Shown in pieces: positions 35,944 to 36,502 of a stretch of 36,502 bases of DNA. Under the pieces are notes generated by a model that saw only the letters and a list, made by a program, of their open reading frames with translations, was not told the origin of the DNA and ran no database searches. Position numbers and translations under genes: made by a program. This stretch comes from an uncultured Polyangiaceae bacterium (GTDB lineage Bacteria; Myxococcota_A; Polyangia; Polyangiales; Polyangiaceae), in assembly GCA_964401935.1 (NCBI GenBank), contig CAYOAL010000026.1, positions 43,722 through 80,223 of the forward strand. Direction: 5' to 3'. Each line of letters starts with the position of its first letter. The first letter of the stretch is position 1.

Positions 35944-36502
35944 CTACCCTGGCACCGGGGGGGGAGCCCACGACCGTGGTCGCAAGCGCGACCCTGCGAC
36001 CGTGGCGCACGCACGGGCCGGCAAAGCGCGAGCGAGCCTATGACCGCAGCGCGCGCACGGTGCGGCCAAAGCGCGCGCCTGCGACCATGCGACCGTGGCG
36101 CACGCACGAGCTGACGAGCTGGCAAGCGCGAGCGAGCCTGCGACCGTAGCGCGCGCACGAGCGGCCAAAGCGCGATCCTGCGACCGTAGCGCGCGCACGA
36201 GCTGGCAGCGCGAGCCTGCGACCATGGCGCGCGCACGGTGCGGCCAAAGCGCGAGCCTGCGACCGAAGCGCGCACGGTGTGGCCAAAGCGCGAGCCTATG
36301 ACCGTGGCGCGCGCACGGTGTGGCCAAAGCGCGAGCCTGCGACCATGCGACCGTGGCGCACGCACGAGCTGACGAGCTGGCAAGCGCGAGCGAGCCTGCG
36401 ACCGTAGCGCGCACGGTGTGGCCAAAGCGCGCGCCTGCGACCGTAGCGCGCGCACGGTGTGGCCAAAGCGCGCGCCTGCGACCGTAGCGCGCGCACGGTG
36501 TG
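35944..36502. repeat. GC-rich minisatellite with a unit of about 41 bp, GCGACCGTAGCGCGCGCACGGTGTGGCCAAAGCGCGCGCCT. There are about 12 copies including longer variant units. It extends to the window end.
   Basis: The last three units are nearly identical. Earlier units carry insertions such as AGCTGACGAGCTGGCAAGCGCGAGCGAGCCT. There are no unique spacers. Confidence 0.85.

Noticed and set aside
35944-36502. Possible CRISPR array.
   Set aside because: The repeated unit of about 41 bp recurs as a whole with no unique spacers between copies, and no cas genes are present. It is a tandem minisatellite.

Overview
This 36.5 kb window is very GC-rich (about 70%) and is read as ordinary bacterial chromosome with an accessory flavour. 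It is most consistent with a myxobacterial-type genome: it carries a eukaryotic-like Ser/Thr kinase, an unusual density of predicted (lipo)proteins, and GC-rich minisatellites. No rRNA, tRNA or CRISPR was recognised. Gene calls rest on domain motifs visible in the six-frame translations. At this GC content almost every frame is open, so the long antisense ORFs were discarded.

From 5' to 3':
- 1-1290: a PDZ-domain protein that looks like GspC, then a partial proline-rich gene whose (DPKPKP)n tract is written by an 18-bp tandem repeat.
- 1671-3795: Crp/Fnr regulator, minimal cytoplasmic histidine kinase (opposite strand), second Crp/Fnr regulator.
- 3804-10712: a co-directional minus-strand string of TonB-dependent receptor, lipoprotein, an Hsp70-ATPase::Ser/Thr-kinase fusion of 882 aa, and a small secreted protein.
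- 10857-13634: a lipoprotein, a FadL/TodX-like outer-membrane channel, and its companion lipoprotein.
- 13903-17635: four consecutive plus-strand lipoproteins. One has a PPC-like domain, one is a cysteine-rich protein with an internal tandem duplication, one is a putative HExxH metalloprotease, and one is a second cysteine-rich protein.
- 17750-23293: a small membrane protein, a lipoprotein, a GH31 alpha-glucosidase with a CBM20-like tail, and a pirin.
- 23319-30606: a stress/detoxification cluster. It holds a TonB_C-like secreted protein, an ABM-like protein, an SRPBCC protein, an ArsR regulator with an AHSA1-like protein, CsbD, GlsB/YeaQ, and a TetR regulator translationally coupled to a large PEP-utilising enzyme that resembles rifampin phosphotransferase.
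- 30662-33739: a lipoprotein, a MAPEG protein and a flotillin-like SPFH protein.
- 34159-36502: an IS3-family orfA-only remnant sitting inside GC-rich tandem-repeat arrays.

No single gene set matches a known defence or secretion system. The candidates most worth follow-up are the Hsp70::STK fusion gene string, the cysteine-rich lipoprotein/protease cluster, the ArsR operator pair, the TetR/phosphotransferase-like pair, and the IS remnant in its minisatellite.
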